From an uncultured Chloroflexia bacterium (GTDB lineage: Bacteria; Chloroflexota; Limnocylindria; QHBO01), in NCBI GenBank assembly GCA_963807915.1, contig CAWEDO010000002.1:297502-361501 (forward strand): DNA of 64,000 nucleotides, read 5' to 3'. Within the stretch, counting starts at the first letter, position 1. The number at the start of each line of letters is the position of its first letter. The notes beneath the pieces are model-generated. The model saw only the letters and a program-made list of their open reading frames with translations, was not told where the DNA came from and did not search any database. Shown one piece after another: positions 1 to 10,152 of this stretch. The position numbers and the translations under genes are program-made.

Positions 1-225
1 CATTGGGAGGCGTTCTTCGACCAGAGCGGTGCCGACCCGCGGCGCCACGCGCACGTTGCCGCGTCGCTCTTCCACGACATCGAGCCCGGCGGGCGGCTCG
101 GCCTGCGCTGCATATGGATCAACCGGCTTGCCGAACGAAGCGACTTGCCGCGCGCCGGGGAGCTGGTCGACCTGGCCTCGCTTCCCGATACGCTCGAGGG
201 GCTGGTGCCTGACCCTCAGTCTTGA
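1..225 (+). CDS. HAD-family hydrolase, C-terminal fragment (gene starts upstream of window)
   Basis: Frame 1 reads ...WEAFFDQSGADPRRHAHVAASLFHDIEPGGRLGLRCIWINRLAERSD... to TGA at 223-225. The FHDIEPG segment looks like HAD motif III/IV. Confidence 0.45.
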   Translation, partial: HWEAFFDQSGADPRRHAHVAASLFHDIEPGGRLGLRCIWINRLAERSDLPRAGELVDLASLPDTLEGLVPDPQS

Positions 226-872
226 AGTGAGGCCCTGGCGCGGAACGAGATCCAGCCGATGGCCAGGGCGATGACCCCAAGCACGAGGAACAGCTGCCCG
301 GGTCCGAGGAACAACCCGCGGACCGCGAACGCGAGGTGGCCGACGGCAGCCCACAGCGCAACGGTGAGGAGCCGGCGGGTTGGCCGCGCAAGGATCGAGC
401 GCGCGAGGTTGGTCCCGAAAGCCGAGAGAACCCCGAAGCCGAACGCCAACAGCCAGTCCTCCTGCGAGCCGCCGTACGCCAGGGCGTGCGTCAGCAGGTA
501 GATCGCGTAGGCGCCTTCGAGGACGGCAAGGATTCCCCAGCTCCAGCCGGCCACGGAGACTCCCAGCGGTCGGGGCAGTGCCGGAGGCTGAACCGTCGGC
601 AGGGCCGCCTCGGAACCACGAAAGTGGGCAAGCAGCGCGACTCGGCCGCTGACGCCCAGCTTCACGTAGATGCTTGACAGGTGCGACCGCACCGTTGCCT
701 CGCTCAGCGACAGATGGTCTGCGATCTCGCGTGCTGGCACGCCGGTGAGCGCCTGGTCGAGCACCGCCTGCTCGGCCGGCGTGAGCATGGAGAGCCTCGC
801 GATCGTCATCTCGGAGTCATCGGTTTGCATGCCACAAGATTGGCGGGGATGCGCGACCCGCGCATCCGTCAA
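216..872 (-). CDS. LuxR-type HTH protein fused to a C-terminal 4-TM membrane domain
   Basis: N-terminal LTPAEQAVLDQALTGVPAREIADHLSLSEATVRSHLSSIYVKLGV is a LuxR/GerE-type HTH, followed by four hydrophobic helices. Start is uncertain: ATGs at 872, 830 and 809. Confidence 0.6.
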   Translation of the reverse strand: MTDARVAHPRQSCGMQTDDSEMTIARLSMLTPAEQAVLDQALTGVPAREIADHLSLSEATVRSHLSSIYVKLGVSGRVALLAHFRGSEAALPTVQPPALPRPLGVSVAGWSWGILAVLEGAYAIYLLTHALAYGGSQEDWLLAFGFGVLSAFGTNLARSILARPTRRLLTVALWAAVGHLAFAVRGLFLGPGQLFLVLGVIALAIGWISFRARASLQD

Positions 873-970
873 ACATGGGAATCTCGCCCACCAGACAGAT
901 GAATCTGGCTCGACTTGGCATATCCGGAGTGGACTGTCACGATCCGGGCGTGATTTCCGAGCCCCTGCCG

Positions 971-1978
971 ATGCTGCCCCGCGACACGCGCGGTCGCGCG
1001 CTGCACGACCTGCGCATCAGCGTCACCGACCGCTGCAACTTCCGCTGCGTGTACTGCATGCCGCGGGCGGTCTTCGGGCCCGACCACGCCTTCCTGCCGC
1101 GAGCCGAGCTGCTGACCTTCGACGAGATCGCGCGCCTGGTGGCAATCTTCACGAGCCTGGGCGTCGAGAAGGTGCGGCTGACTGGCGGCGAGCCGCTCGT
1201 CCGGCGCGAACTCCCCACCCTGGTCGCGACGCTGGCCGCGATCCCTGGCGTCCGCGACCTGACCCTGACGACCAACGGCGTGCTCCTGCCCGAGCACGCC
1301 ACCGAGCTGCGCGAGGCGGGCCTGCATCGAGTCACGGTCAGCCTTGACGCCGATGACGACGCCACCTTCATGCGCATGAACGACGCCGGCGTGCCGGTCT
1401 CGCGCGTCCTGGCGGGGATCGAGGCAGCCGAAGCGGCTGGCCTTGGACCGATCAAGCTGAACATGGTGGTGAAGCGCGGCTGGAACGAGCACGCCATCCT
1501 CCCCATGGCGCGCCGGTTCCGCGGGACCGGCCGCATCCTGCGGTTCATCGAGTACATGGACGTCGGCCACTCGAACGGCTGGCGCCTGGACGAGGTCATC
1601 GGCGCGGACGAGATCCTGGCCACCATCTCGAGCGAGTTCCCCCTGGAGCCGATGGCCCCCACGAGGCCGGGCGAGGTGGCGGAGCGCTACCGCTACGCCG
1701 ATGGGGGCGGCGAGATCGGCATCATCGCCTCGGTCAGCCGGCCGTTCTGCGGCGACTGCAACCGGGCTCGGCTCTCCGCTGACGGGCAGCTGTACACCTG
1801 CCTCTTCGCCACATCCGGCCACGACCTGCGCGGGCTGCTGCGCGGCGGCGCGTCCGACGCCGCGATCGAAGCCGACCTGCGACGCCTGTGGGAGGCCCGC
1901 GACGACCGCTATTCCGAGATCCGCTCCGAGGAGACGGTGAGGCTGCAGAAGGTGGAGATGAGCTACATCGGCGGCTAG
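971..1978 (+). CDS. moaA: GTP 3',8-cyclase MoaA (radical SAM, molybdenum cofactor biosynthesis)
   Basis: CNFRCVYCMP radical-SAM cluster motif, GGEPL motif and C-terminal CxxCxxxRLSADGQLYTCLF. N-terminus MLPRDTRGRALHDLRISVTDRC aligns with typical MoaA starts, so ATG 971 is preferred over ORF start 875. Confidence 0.85.
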   Translation: MLPRDTRGRALHDLRISVTDRCNFRCVYCMPRAVFGPDHAFLPRAELLTFDEIARLVAIFTSLGVEKVRLTGGEPLVRRELPTLVATLAAIPGVRDLTLTTNGVLLPEHATELREAGLHRVTVSLDADDDATFMRMNDAGVPVSRVLAGIEAAEAAGLGPIKLNMVVKRGWNEHAILPMARRFRGTGRILRFIEYMDVGHSNGWRLDEVIGADEILATISSEFPLEPMAPTRPGEVAERYRYADGGGEIGIIASVSRPFCGDCNRARLSADGQLYTCLFATSGHDLRGLLRGGASDAAIEADLRRLWEARDDRYSEIRSEETVRLQKVEMSYIGG

Positions 1979-2985
1979 CGTCGATCGTGGATCGGGGCGC
2001 TCCGGTCCCGCAGGGGCTCTCCTCGACGGTCGTGAAGAACGGCCAGGATCTCAGCCACAATCGCATGGGCCACTTCCTCGGCCCCTTCCGCGCCGATGTC
2101 CAGCCCGGCCGGTGCGTGGAGCTGGCCGATCGCCTCGGGTGCACCGATCTCGGCCAGCATCTGCTCCGTCCGTGCGCGCGGCCCGAGCACGCCCAGGTAG
2201 GCCAGCGAGCAGCCGAGGAACGAGCGCAGGTAGGCGATGTCGCGCAGGTAGTTGTGGCTCATCAGGATCACCGCGGTCCGCTCATCCGGGACCAGCGACT
2301 CGGCGGCCGAGGCCGGATCTGGGCTCGCGAACTCGGCCGCCCCGGGAAACCGTTCGGGCGTCAGCAGGGCGTGCCGAACGTCGACGACGACAACACGCCA
2401 TCCCAGCTCCGCGGCCAGGCGGACGAGCGGGATCGCGTCGTGGCCCGCCCCGCAGACGAGGAGTCGGAGTGGCGGGAGCAGCGGCTCGTAGTAGATCCGC
2501 TCGCCGTTGGCCTCGAGCACGGTCGGAGAGCCGTCGCGCAGCGCCGCGGCGGCGGCGCCATCGGTCTCGAGCAGGTGCGATCCGGCGTCTGCGCCGGTCA
2601 ATGGGATGACCAGGCAAGTCCCCTCCCCGGTGCGGAGTGCGGCCACGGACTCGAGAGCCCCGGCGGTCGGCTCGACGAAGAGCTCGATCGCGCCGTTGCA
2701 GCCCAGGCCGTAGCCCCACACGGCGTCGTCGTCCGCCGTCATGTCGAATTCAACGAGCCGTGGCTCACCCGCTGCGATCACCTCGCGTCCGATCCGCGCC
2801 ACGTCGCCCTCCAGGCAGCCTCCGCTGATGTTGCCGATCGGCTCGCCCTCAGGCGGAATCAGGAGTCGTGCGCCGGCACGGCGGTAGGTCGAGCCGCGGG
2901 TGGCGACAACCGTGGCCAGGGCCATCGGCTGACCGCGCGCAGCCAACGCCTCGGCCGCGTCGAGCAGGTCGCCCAGCTCGGACAA
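1975..2985 (-). CDS. XdhC/CoxI-family molybdoenzyme maturation (Mo-cofactor insertion) protein
   Basis: N-terminal XdhC_CoxI domain (ALATVVATRGSTYRRAGARLLI) and a C-terminal Rossmann-like domain (LLVCGAGHDAIPLVRLAAELGWRVVVVD). Confidence 0.7.
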   Translation of the reverse strand: MSELGDLLDAAEALAARGQPMALATVVATRGSTYRRAGARLLIPPEGEPIGNISGGCLEGDVARIGREVIAAGEPRLVEFDMTADDDAVWGYGLGCNGAIELFVEPTAGALESVAALRTGEGTCLVIPLTGADAGSHLLETDGAAAAALRDGSPTVLEANGERIYYEPLLPPLRLLVCGAGHDAIPLVRLAAELGWRVVVVDVRHALLTPERFPGAAEFASPDPASAAESLVPDERTAVILMSHNYLRDIAYLRSFLGCSLAYLGVLGPRARTEQMLAEIGAPEAIGQLHAPAGLDIGAEGAEEVAHAIVAEILAVLHDRRGEPLRDRSAPIHDRR

Positions 2986-4233
2986 TCAGGCGTCCCAGCG
3001 TGAGGCAAGGTAGTCGGCGTCTGCCGCGACCCCGACGAAGTTGGCCGAGGCCAGGTTGCGCTGCCACAGCAGCCCCAGGAAGGTGAGCCCCGGCACCTCG
3101 CTGACCCCGCGGACGTGGCGCGGCACGCCGCGCTCGTCCAGCACCGGCAGGTCGAGCCAGCCGTAGTCGGGGGCGTAGCCGGTGGTCCACAGGACCGTCG
3201 AGATGCCCTCCGCCCGCAGGTCGAGCTCGGTCAGCTCCGGCACCTCGTACTCGAACGGGACGCGGTCGTCGGGCGGCAGGTCGAGCCCGGCGCGGTCGCG
3301 GAACTGCTCGATCAGGTCGCGGAAGCGCTCATCAAAGAAGGCATCGGCGAAGGCGAGGTTGGCCGAGAGGTCCGTGGCGAAGCGCGCCCGGTGGGCGTCC
3401 GCACCCTCAAAGCGGCCGACGAGCCGGATCCCCTGTGCGGCGAAGCGCCGAAGGTTCGTGTCATGCCCGCCCCCGTGACCGGACAGATGCGGGTTGCAGG
3501 CGAACTTCGCGCGCGGATCGGGCAGCTGCTCGAGGGTGGGCAGCTCGACCCCAACTCGCGGACCATCGGTCACGAGGTGGCGTATCCACCAGAACATGTC
3601 GCGGTCTCGATAGCGGCGCGGCACACGTCCGCAGTGGCCCACCGCAAGGGTCACGGAGCGGCCAGCCTCATGGAGCTCCTCGGCGAGCTGGACGCCGGTC
3701 TGCCCAGACCCGACGAGCAGGACGCCTCCCGGCGGCAGCTGGGCCTCGTTGCGGTAGTGGTGCGCGTGGAGCTGGTGGATCGCCGGATCGAAGGGGGTCG
3801 GAGGCATGCGCGGCGTGTGGAATGCCCCGGTCGCCACCACCACGCTCTCGGCCCGCAGCAGGCCGCGATTCGTCTCGACCAGGAATCTCCCCGGCGCCTC
3901 GGGATCGGAGGCGAGCCGCTGAACGGTCGTGCGGGGCATCACCGGGGCGTCGATCACGTCCGCGTAGGCCGCGACCCGCCCGGCGACCTCGTCGCGGGTC
4001 ATGTACCCATCCGGGTCGCCGTCTTCGTACGGGAATCCCGGGAGACCGGTGACGAAATTGGGCGTCACCAGCTGGAAGTCATCCCATCGGTCGCGCCAGC
4101 CGCCGCCCAGCTGATCGCGCCGCTCGAGGACAAGGTGCTCGCGGCCGGCCTGGCGCAGGTGGTGGCTCATGATGAGCCCCGCCTGCCCGGCGCCGATCAC
4201 GACCGTGTGCGTTGACGTTGGCAGATCGACCAT
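2986..4233 (-). CDS. NAD(P)/FAD-dependent oxidoreductase, flavin-monooxygenase-like (COG2072 type)
   Basis: Two dinucleotide-binding motifs, VVIGAGQAGL and LLVGSGQTGVQLAEEL. ORF extends to 4284, but MVDLPTSTHTVVIGAG at 4233 is the more plausible start. Confidence 0.7.
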   Translation of the reverse strand: MVDLPTSTHTVVIGAGQAGLIMSHHLRQAGREHLVLERRDQLGGGWRDRWDDFQLVTPNFVTGLPGFPYEDGDPDGYMTRDEVAGRVAAYADVIDAPVMPRTTVQRLASDPEAPGRFLVETNRGLLRAESVVVATGAFHTPRMPPTPFDPAIHQLHAHHYRNEAQLPPGGVLLVGSGQTGVQLAEELHEAGRSVTLAVGHCGRVPRRYRDRDMFWWIRHLVTDGPRVGVELPTLEQLPDPRAKFACNPHLSGHGGGHDTNLRRFAAQGIRLVGRFEGADAHRARFATDLSANLAFADAFFDERFRDLIEQFRDRAGLDLPPDDRVPFEYEVPELTELDLRAEGISTVLWTTGYAPDYGWLDLPVLDERGVPRHVRGVSEVPGLTFLGLLWQRNLASANFVGVAADADYLASRWDA

Positions 4234-4255
4234 GGTCCGTCGAAGGATAAAGCGA

Positions 4256-5476
4256 CTAGCCGGCGCGGAACACCAGCGCGGCATTCATGCCGCCGAAGCC
4301 GAACGAGGTCGACAGGGCCACCGCTGGTGATGTCGTGAGGGGCTCGCGCAGGACATTGAGCTCGCAGCGCTCGTCCAGGTTGACCAGGTTGCAGGTTCCC
4401 GGCAGCAGGCCGTGGCGGAGGGCCATGACGGTGATCGCCGCCTCGATCGCTCCGCTCGCCCCCAGGGCGTGGCCGTAGAGCCCCTTCGTGCCCGAGACGG
4501 GCACCTGCGCCGCGTGCTCGCCCAGCGCCAGGTGGATGGCCTTGGCCTCAGCCAGCTCGTTGAGCTGTGTGCTCGAGGCATGGGCGTTCACGTAGCCGAT
4601 CTCCCCCGCCGCGACACCGGCGTCCGCCAGGCTGGTGGTGATGGCCGCGCCTGCCGCCTCGCCGGAGGGCAGCGGCGCGGTGAGGTGGTAGGCGTCGGTC
4701 GACGCACCAAACCCGACGACCTCACCGAGGATCGTGGCAATGCGCCGCTCCGCAGACTCCCAGGCCTCCAGCACGAGCATGGCCGCGCCCTCGGCCATGA
4801 CGAAGCCGTCCCGGTCGCGGTCGAAGGGGCGGCTCGCGGTGGATGGGTCGTCGTTGCGCTGCGAGAGGACGCGGATCATGGCGAACGCACCGTGGGTCAG
4901 CGGCGCCAGCGGAGCCTCGGCACCGCCGGCGATCGCAACATCCACCGTCCCCGAGCGGACCGCCTGGAACGCCTGCCCGATGGCGACCGCGCCCGATGCA
5001 CATGAGTTGGCGTTGCCCACCGCCGGCCCGCGGCTACCCAGGTCGATCGCGACGTTGCTCGCCCCCGCCCCGCCGAAGACGGCCGTCGCGAGCGTCGGGG
5101 CCACTGCTCGGACGCCGCCGAGGACGTAGGCCGCGTGCTGCTCCTCCCCGAAGGCGACGCCGCCGAGCGCCGATCCGATCCAGACGCCGGTTCGGCCATC
5201 GGAGCGATCGGCATCGGTCAGGCAGGACTGCCCGATGGCCATCCGCGCGGCGGCGACCGACAGCTGGCTGAAGCGATCGAGCCGCCTCGCCCGCTTCGTG
5301 TCGAGGTGATCGGTCGGCACGAAGTCGTTGATCTGGGCGGCGATGCGCGATGGGAAAGGCGACGCGTCGAAGCGGTCGATGGCCTGCACCGCCGAGCGGT
5401 TGGCCAGCACCCCGGCCCACAGCCCATCCGCCCCTGAGCCGATGGGCGTCACCGCGCCGATCCCCGTCACCGCCAC
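4256..5476 (-). CDS. beta-ketoacyl-[ACP] synthase II-like (FabF/KAS family)
   Basis: RVAVTGIGAVTPIG N-terminus, active-site Cys region (GPAVGNANSCASGAVAIG), and the HxxxH and GHxxGAxG motifs of KAS II. The ORF runs to 5659, but the first 60 codons are Arg-rich frame shadow, so GTG at 5476 is the likely start. Confidence 0.8.
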   Translation of the reverse strand: MAVTGIGAVTPIGSGADGLWAGVLANRSAVQAIDRFDASPFPSRIAAQINDFVPTDHLDTKRARRLDRFSQLSVAAARMAIGQSCLTDADRSDGRTGVWIGSALGGVAFGEEQHAAYVLGGVRAVAPTLATAVFGGAGASNVAIDLGSRGPAVGNANSCASGAVAIGQAFQAVRSGTVDVAIAGGAEAPLAPLTHGAFAMIRVLSQRNDDPSTASRPFDRDRDGFVMAEGAAMLVLEAWESAERRIATILGEVVGFGASTDAYHLTAPLPSGEAAGAAITTSLADAGVAAGEIGYVNAHASSTQLNELAEAKAIHLALGEHAAQVPVSGTKGLYGHALGASGAIEAAITVMALRHGLLPGTCNLVNLDERCELNVLREPLTTSPAVALSTSFGFGGMNAALVFRAG

Positions 5477-5481
5477 TCGCC

Positions 5482-5925
5482 TCACGAGCCGGCCTCCGCC
5501 AGCGCCTTCACCCGTCGCAGCGTGCGCCGCGCGATGGCCTCGACGAACTGCGGCCCGATCACGCGCTCCGCGGCAAGGCCGCCGATCATCGGCCAGCCCA
5601 GGTCCAGCTCGTGCTCGATGCTGACATCCCAGCCATGCCCGTTTGGCTCGAAGTGCCACGCGACCTGCATCCCGCGGGTCACCCCACCGGTATGGGTGAA
5701 CTCGATCCGCCGCTCGTCGGGGAGCGGCCGCTGGATCGCCTCCCAGCGCACCGGGATCGGGCCACGGCGAGCGCCCATCGCAAACCGCCGCTCACCATTG
5801 GTTGCCGCCAGGCGCCGCACGTAGCGGTAGTGCGGCAGGCGCTCCGGCCAGCGCTCCACCTCGGCCGCCAGCGGGAAGATCCGCTCCAGCGGCGCGTCGA
5901 TCTGGATCTGCACCCGGCTCTTCAC
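5482..5925 (-). CDS. SRPBCC-family protein (polyketide cyclase/dehydrase or COQ10-like lipid/quinone-binding fold)
   Basis: 147-aa segment VKSRVQIQIDAPLERIFPLAAEVERWPERLPHYRYV... matches the START/Bet v1-like SRPBCC fold. GTG start overlaps the upstream stop by GTGA. The upstream 260 codons of the six-frame ORF are shadow. Confidence 0.65.
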   Translation of the reverse strand: MKSRVQIQIDAPLERIFPLAAEVERWPERLPHYRYVRRLAATNGERRFAMGARRGPIPVRWEAIQRPLPDERRIEFTHTGGVTRGMQVAWHFEPNGHGWDVSIEHELDLGWPMIGGLAAERVIGPQFVEAIARRTLRRVKALAEAGS

Positions 5926-7124
5926 GGTCGGAGGACCTGCGCCAGGAAGAGCGGCGAGAGCGCGTCGCTGGCCGGCCGGCAGTCGCCCAGGGCGCTGCCC
6001 AGCCGCGCCGCCGTCTCGGGGCGTGACGCCAGCCGGCGCAGGGCGTAGCCCATCAGCGGGGGCGAGGCGAGCATCCCCTGCACGAGCCAAGTCAGCGCGT
6101 CCTTCGCCGCGAACGCCTTCCGTCGCGCCGCGAGGTAGCGCGCTGCGGCCCCGTCGTCCAGCTCTCCCAGCGACTCGGCTGCCGCGCGCGCCGAGCGCAG
6201 CGCGCGGTAGATCCCCTCGCCGGTGAACGGGTCGATGAATCCCGCCGCGTCGCCGATGAGCATCCAGCCCGGGCCGGCCGCCCGTCGAACGCGATGGCCG
6301 ATCGGCGACGCCCCGATGATCGGTGTCAGCCGTGCACGGCCGCGGAGACGCTCCGCGACGGCCGGGATGCCATCGATGGCGGCCGCGAAGCGCTCCTCCG
6401 CCGACCGCCGGTCGCCGTTCAACGGCAGCGCCATCCCGACGTTGATCCGGTCGCCGGCCAGCGGCGCGAGCCCCACGTACCAGCCCGGCCCGACGTGCAT
6501 CTCGCCGTGTTCGACGAGGTCTGGCACGCCCTCGTAATGCGCCACCAGGCCCAGCCGACGGGGCAATCCCACGCCGCGCTCCACGGAGATGCGCTGGCTG
6601 ACCCGGGATCGCGCGCCGTCGGCGCCGATCAGCCACCGGCATCGGACGCCGCGCTTGCCATCGGCACTGCGGACCGTCGCCCGCACCACGCGGCCCCCGC
6701 TCCCGTCCTGCCCGCCGGCCCAACTCACGTCATGGAACGAGGTGTGCTCCATCAGGCGCGCACCGCTGGCGGCCGCGTGCGCGGCGAGCATTGCGTCGAA
6801 CCGGGTCCGTTCCAGGCCCCACGCCGTGCGCGGTCCGCTTTGGTCGTGGTAGCGGACGTCCACCGCGTCGTCACCGCGAATGACCCGCATCCCCTCGAGC
6901 GGCAGGGCATCGGCCATCCAGGCGTCGTCAGGCAGTCCGAGCAGGCGGAGCTCCTCGACGATGCGCGGGCTGGCGTACTCGGCGCAGGCCTTTGGCCGCG
7001 GGTGGGCGTGGGTCTCGACCAGCAGGACGTCGCGACCGCTCTTTGCGAGCGAGGCGGCCACGGCCGAGCCGGCCGGCCCCGCGCCAACCACCAGGACATC
7101 GCACTCCAGTGGGGGCGAGGTCAT
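5922..7124 (-). CDS. FAD-dependent oxidoreductase, geranylgeranyl-reductase family
   Basis: CDVLVVGAGPAGSAVAASLAKSGRDVLLVE FAD-binding fingerprint. About 400 aa GGR/MenJ-like architecture. Confidence 0.8.
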   Translation of the reverse strand: MTSPPLECDVLVVGAGPAGSAVAASLAKSGRDVLLVETHAHPRPKACAEYASPRIVEELRLLGLPDDAWMADALPLEGMRVIRGDDAVDVRYHDQSGPRTAWGLERTRFDAMLAAHAAASGARLMEHTSFHDVSWAGGQDGSGGRVVRATVRSADGKRGVRCRWLIGADGARSRVSQRISVERGVGLPRRLGLVAHYEGVPDLVEHGEMHVGPGWYVGLAPLAGDRINVGMALPLNGDRRSAEERFAAAIDGIPAVAERLRGRARLTPIIGASPIGHRVRRAAGPGWMLIGDAAGFIDPFTGEGIYRALRSARAAAESLGELDDGAAARYLAARRKAFAAKDALTWLVQGMLASPPLMGYALRRLASRPETAARLGSALGDCRPASDALSPLFLAQVLRP

Positions 7125-7804
7125 CGGTACACCGTCGTCACGCGCGGCCAGAAGCGCCCGCTGCGCCTGGCGCGCCTCAGCCCGGCCTTCGCAGCCAGGC
7201 TGTCCAGCTCGGAGAGCGTGTAGGCCCGCCGAGCGGAGAGGACGCCGTCATGCCGGGTATACGCGGCACGGCTCAGGGCGAGCACCGCGGCAGCTGTCAT
7301 CGCGAAGGGGATCACCCCACGCCGCAGGTCGTTGATGACCACCCCCAGGCGCGACACCCGCCGCATCTCGGCCAGGGCGACGATCGCATCGTCGGGGTCG
7401 AAGTGGTGCATGAGCAGCGACGCGTGGGCCACGTCGACCTCACGATCGCCCAACGGAATGGCTCGCGCATCGGCCTGCAGCAGGGACACGTTGTTGGTAC
7501 CGGCCAGGTTACGAGTCGCGATCTCGAGCACCTCGCCGCGCACGTCCGATGCGATCACCTCCACGTGCCTCCGGCCCCGCAGCCGCTTCACGAAGTCCCC
7601 CGAGCCGGTCCCCAGGTCCAGCACCGTCGCTTCGGACTGCTCGCCCAGCAGCCATTCCACGGCTCGCACGCTGTCGCCGATGCCACCCGGCAGGCGATTC
7701 AGCATGGCCATCTCACGCAGGTTCTTGCGCAGCTCGATCGCGTCGAGCTGGTCGGCGTCGAGCAGCTCGTGAGCGGTGGAACGGACGTTCAGGAGGCTGG
7801 CCAC
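7121..7804 (-). CDS. class I SAM-dependent methyltransferase
   Basis: Motif I VLDLGTGSGDF, plus an acidic residue after beta2 and motif post-I. Has a 4-nt overlap with the downstream oxidoreductase gene. Confidence 0.8.
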   Translation of the reverse strand: MASLLNVRSTAHELLDADQLDAIELRKNLREMAMLNRLPGGIGDSVRAVEWLLGEQSEATVLDLGTGSGDFVKRLRGRRHVEVIASDVRGEVLEIATRNLAGTNNVSLLQADARAIPLGDREVDVAHASLLMHHFDPDDAIVALAEMRRVSRLGVVINDLRRGVIPFAMTAAAVLALSRAAYTRHDGVLSARRAYTLSELDSLAAKAGLRRARRSGRFWPRVTTVYR

Positions 7805-7860
7805 GAGGCGGTCACTATGCGCGATGTCCCACGGGAGCGCAGGCGTGGCACCATGCCGCC

Positions 7861-8925
7861 ATGCGACTGGACCCGACCATCACCGCCGTCGACGCGCATG
7901 CGGGCGGCGAGCCGGGGCGGGTCATCATCGGCGGTGTCCACGACGTTCCCGGCGCAACGATGCTCGAGAAGCGCGACCACCTGGCCGAGCACGGGGACCA
8001 GCTGCGCCGCCTCATGCTCCGCGAGCCGCGGGGCTACCCGGCCCTCTGCGCGAACGTGATCCTGCCGCCGACAGACCCAAAGGCCGATGCGGGCTTCGTG
8101 ATCATGGAGCAGGCCGAATACCCGGCGATGAGCGGCTCGAACACGATCTGCACCGCCACGGTCCTCATCGCCGAGCGGCTCGTGCCGGTGACGGAGCCGA
8201 TCACCCAGCTGACCCTCGAGGCCCCCGCGGGCCTGATCAAGATCCGTGCCGCGGTGACAGACGGGCGCGCGACCTCGATCACCTTCGAGAACGTGCCCGC
8301 CTTCGCCATCGAGATCAACGCACCGGTCGAGGTGCCGCAGATCGGCCGCGTCAAGGTCGACGTGGCCTGGGGCGGGATGTTCTACGCGATCATCGAGGCA
8401 TCGGCGCTGGGGCTCCGGCTCACCCCCGACGAGGGGCGGGACATCGTGCGGCTGGGCGAGATGGTCAAGGCGGCGGCGCGCGAGCAGATCCCGGTGGCGC
8501 ATCCCGACCATCCGGAGATCCGCGGCATCAGCATCATCGAGCTGACCGCCCGGCCGACCCTCCCTGGCGCGCACGGCAGGAACACGGTGGTCGTGAGCTC
8601 CGGCACGCTGGACTGGTCGCGCCCCGAGTCGTTCACCGGCGTCCTCGACCGCTCGCCGTGCGGCACGGGAACCTGCGCGCGGATGGCCGTGCTGCACGCC
8701 CGCGGCAAGCTCCGGATCGGTGAGGACTACGTCCACGAGGGGATCCTGGGGACCGCCTGGACCGGGCGGTTGCTGCGCGAAACGACCGTGGGTCCGTACC
8801 GGGCGGTGGTGCCGCAGCTGACCGGCAGCGCCTGGATCACCGGGCGTGCTGAGTACGCGCTCGACCCCGACGATCCGTTCCAGGAAGGATTCACGGTCGG
8901 CGACCTGTGGGGACTGGCCGACTAG
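7861..8925 (+). CDS. proline racemase superfamily enzyme (4-hydroxyproline epimerase / trans-3-hydroxy-L-proline dehydratase-like)
   Basis: Motifs MSGSNTICTA and DRSPCGTGTCARMAVL give a Ser/Cys pair at the two catalytic positions. The long ORF starts at 7549, but the conserved N-terminus begins at ATG 7861. Confidence 0.8.
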   Translation: MRLDPTITAVDAHAGGEPGRVIIGGVHDVPGATMLEKRDHLAEHGDQLRRLMLREPRGYPALCANVILPPTDPKADAGFVIMEQAEYPAMSGSNTICTATVLIAERLVPVTEPITQLTLEAPAGLIKIRAAVTDGRATSITFENVPAFAIEINAPVEVPQIGRVKVDVAWGGMFYAIIEASALGLRLTPDEGRDIVRLGEMVKAAAREQIPVAHPDHPEIRGISIIELTARPTLPGAHGRNTVVVSSGTLDWSRPESFTGVLDRSPCGTGTCARMAVLHARGKLRIGEDYVHEGILGTAWTGRLLRETTVGPYRAVVPQLTGSAWITGRAEYALDPDDPFQEGFTVGDLWGLAD

Positions 8926-9034
8926 GTCTTCCCCGCGGCGGCACCGTGTCCTATGATGGCGTTCCCCGCGACTTCGGCGCGGCCCCGTTGACCCGCCCGC
9001 TGGGCGAGCGCAGACCCTTCAAGAGGACGATGGG

Positions 9035-10126
<1,092 letters not shown>

Positions 10127-10152
10127 CCGCGCACAACCAAGTGGAGGGTTTC

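Noticed and set aside
4256-5659. 467-aa version of the KAS gene with a 60-aa N-terminal extension
   Set aside because: The extension is Arg/Ala-rich, overlaps the SRPBCC gene, and KAS II enzymes begin at the RVAVTGIG motif. The GTG at 5476 fits.
5482-6723. 413-aa ORF upstream-extending the SRPBCC protein
   Set aside because: The N-terminal 266 codons are an R/G/P-rich overlay of the geranylgeranyl-reductase-family gene, which is in another frame. The SRPBCC domain starts at the GTG at 5925.
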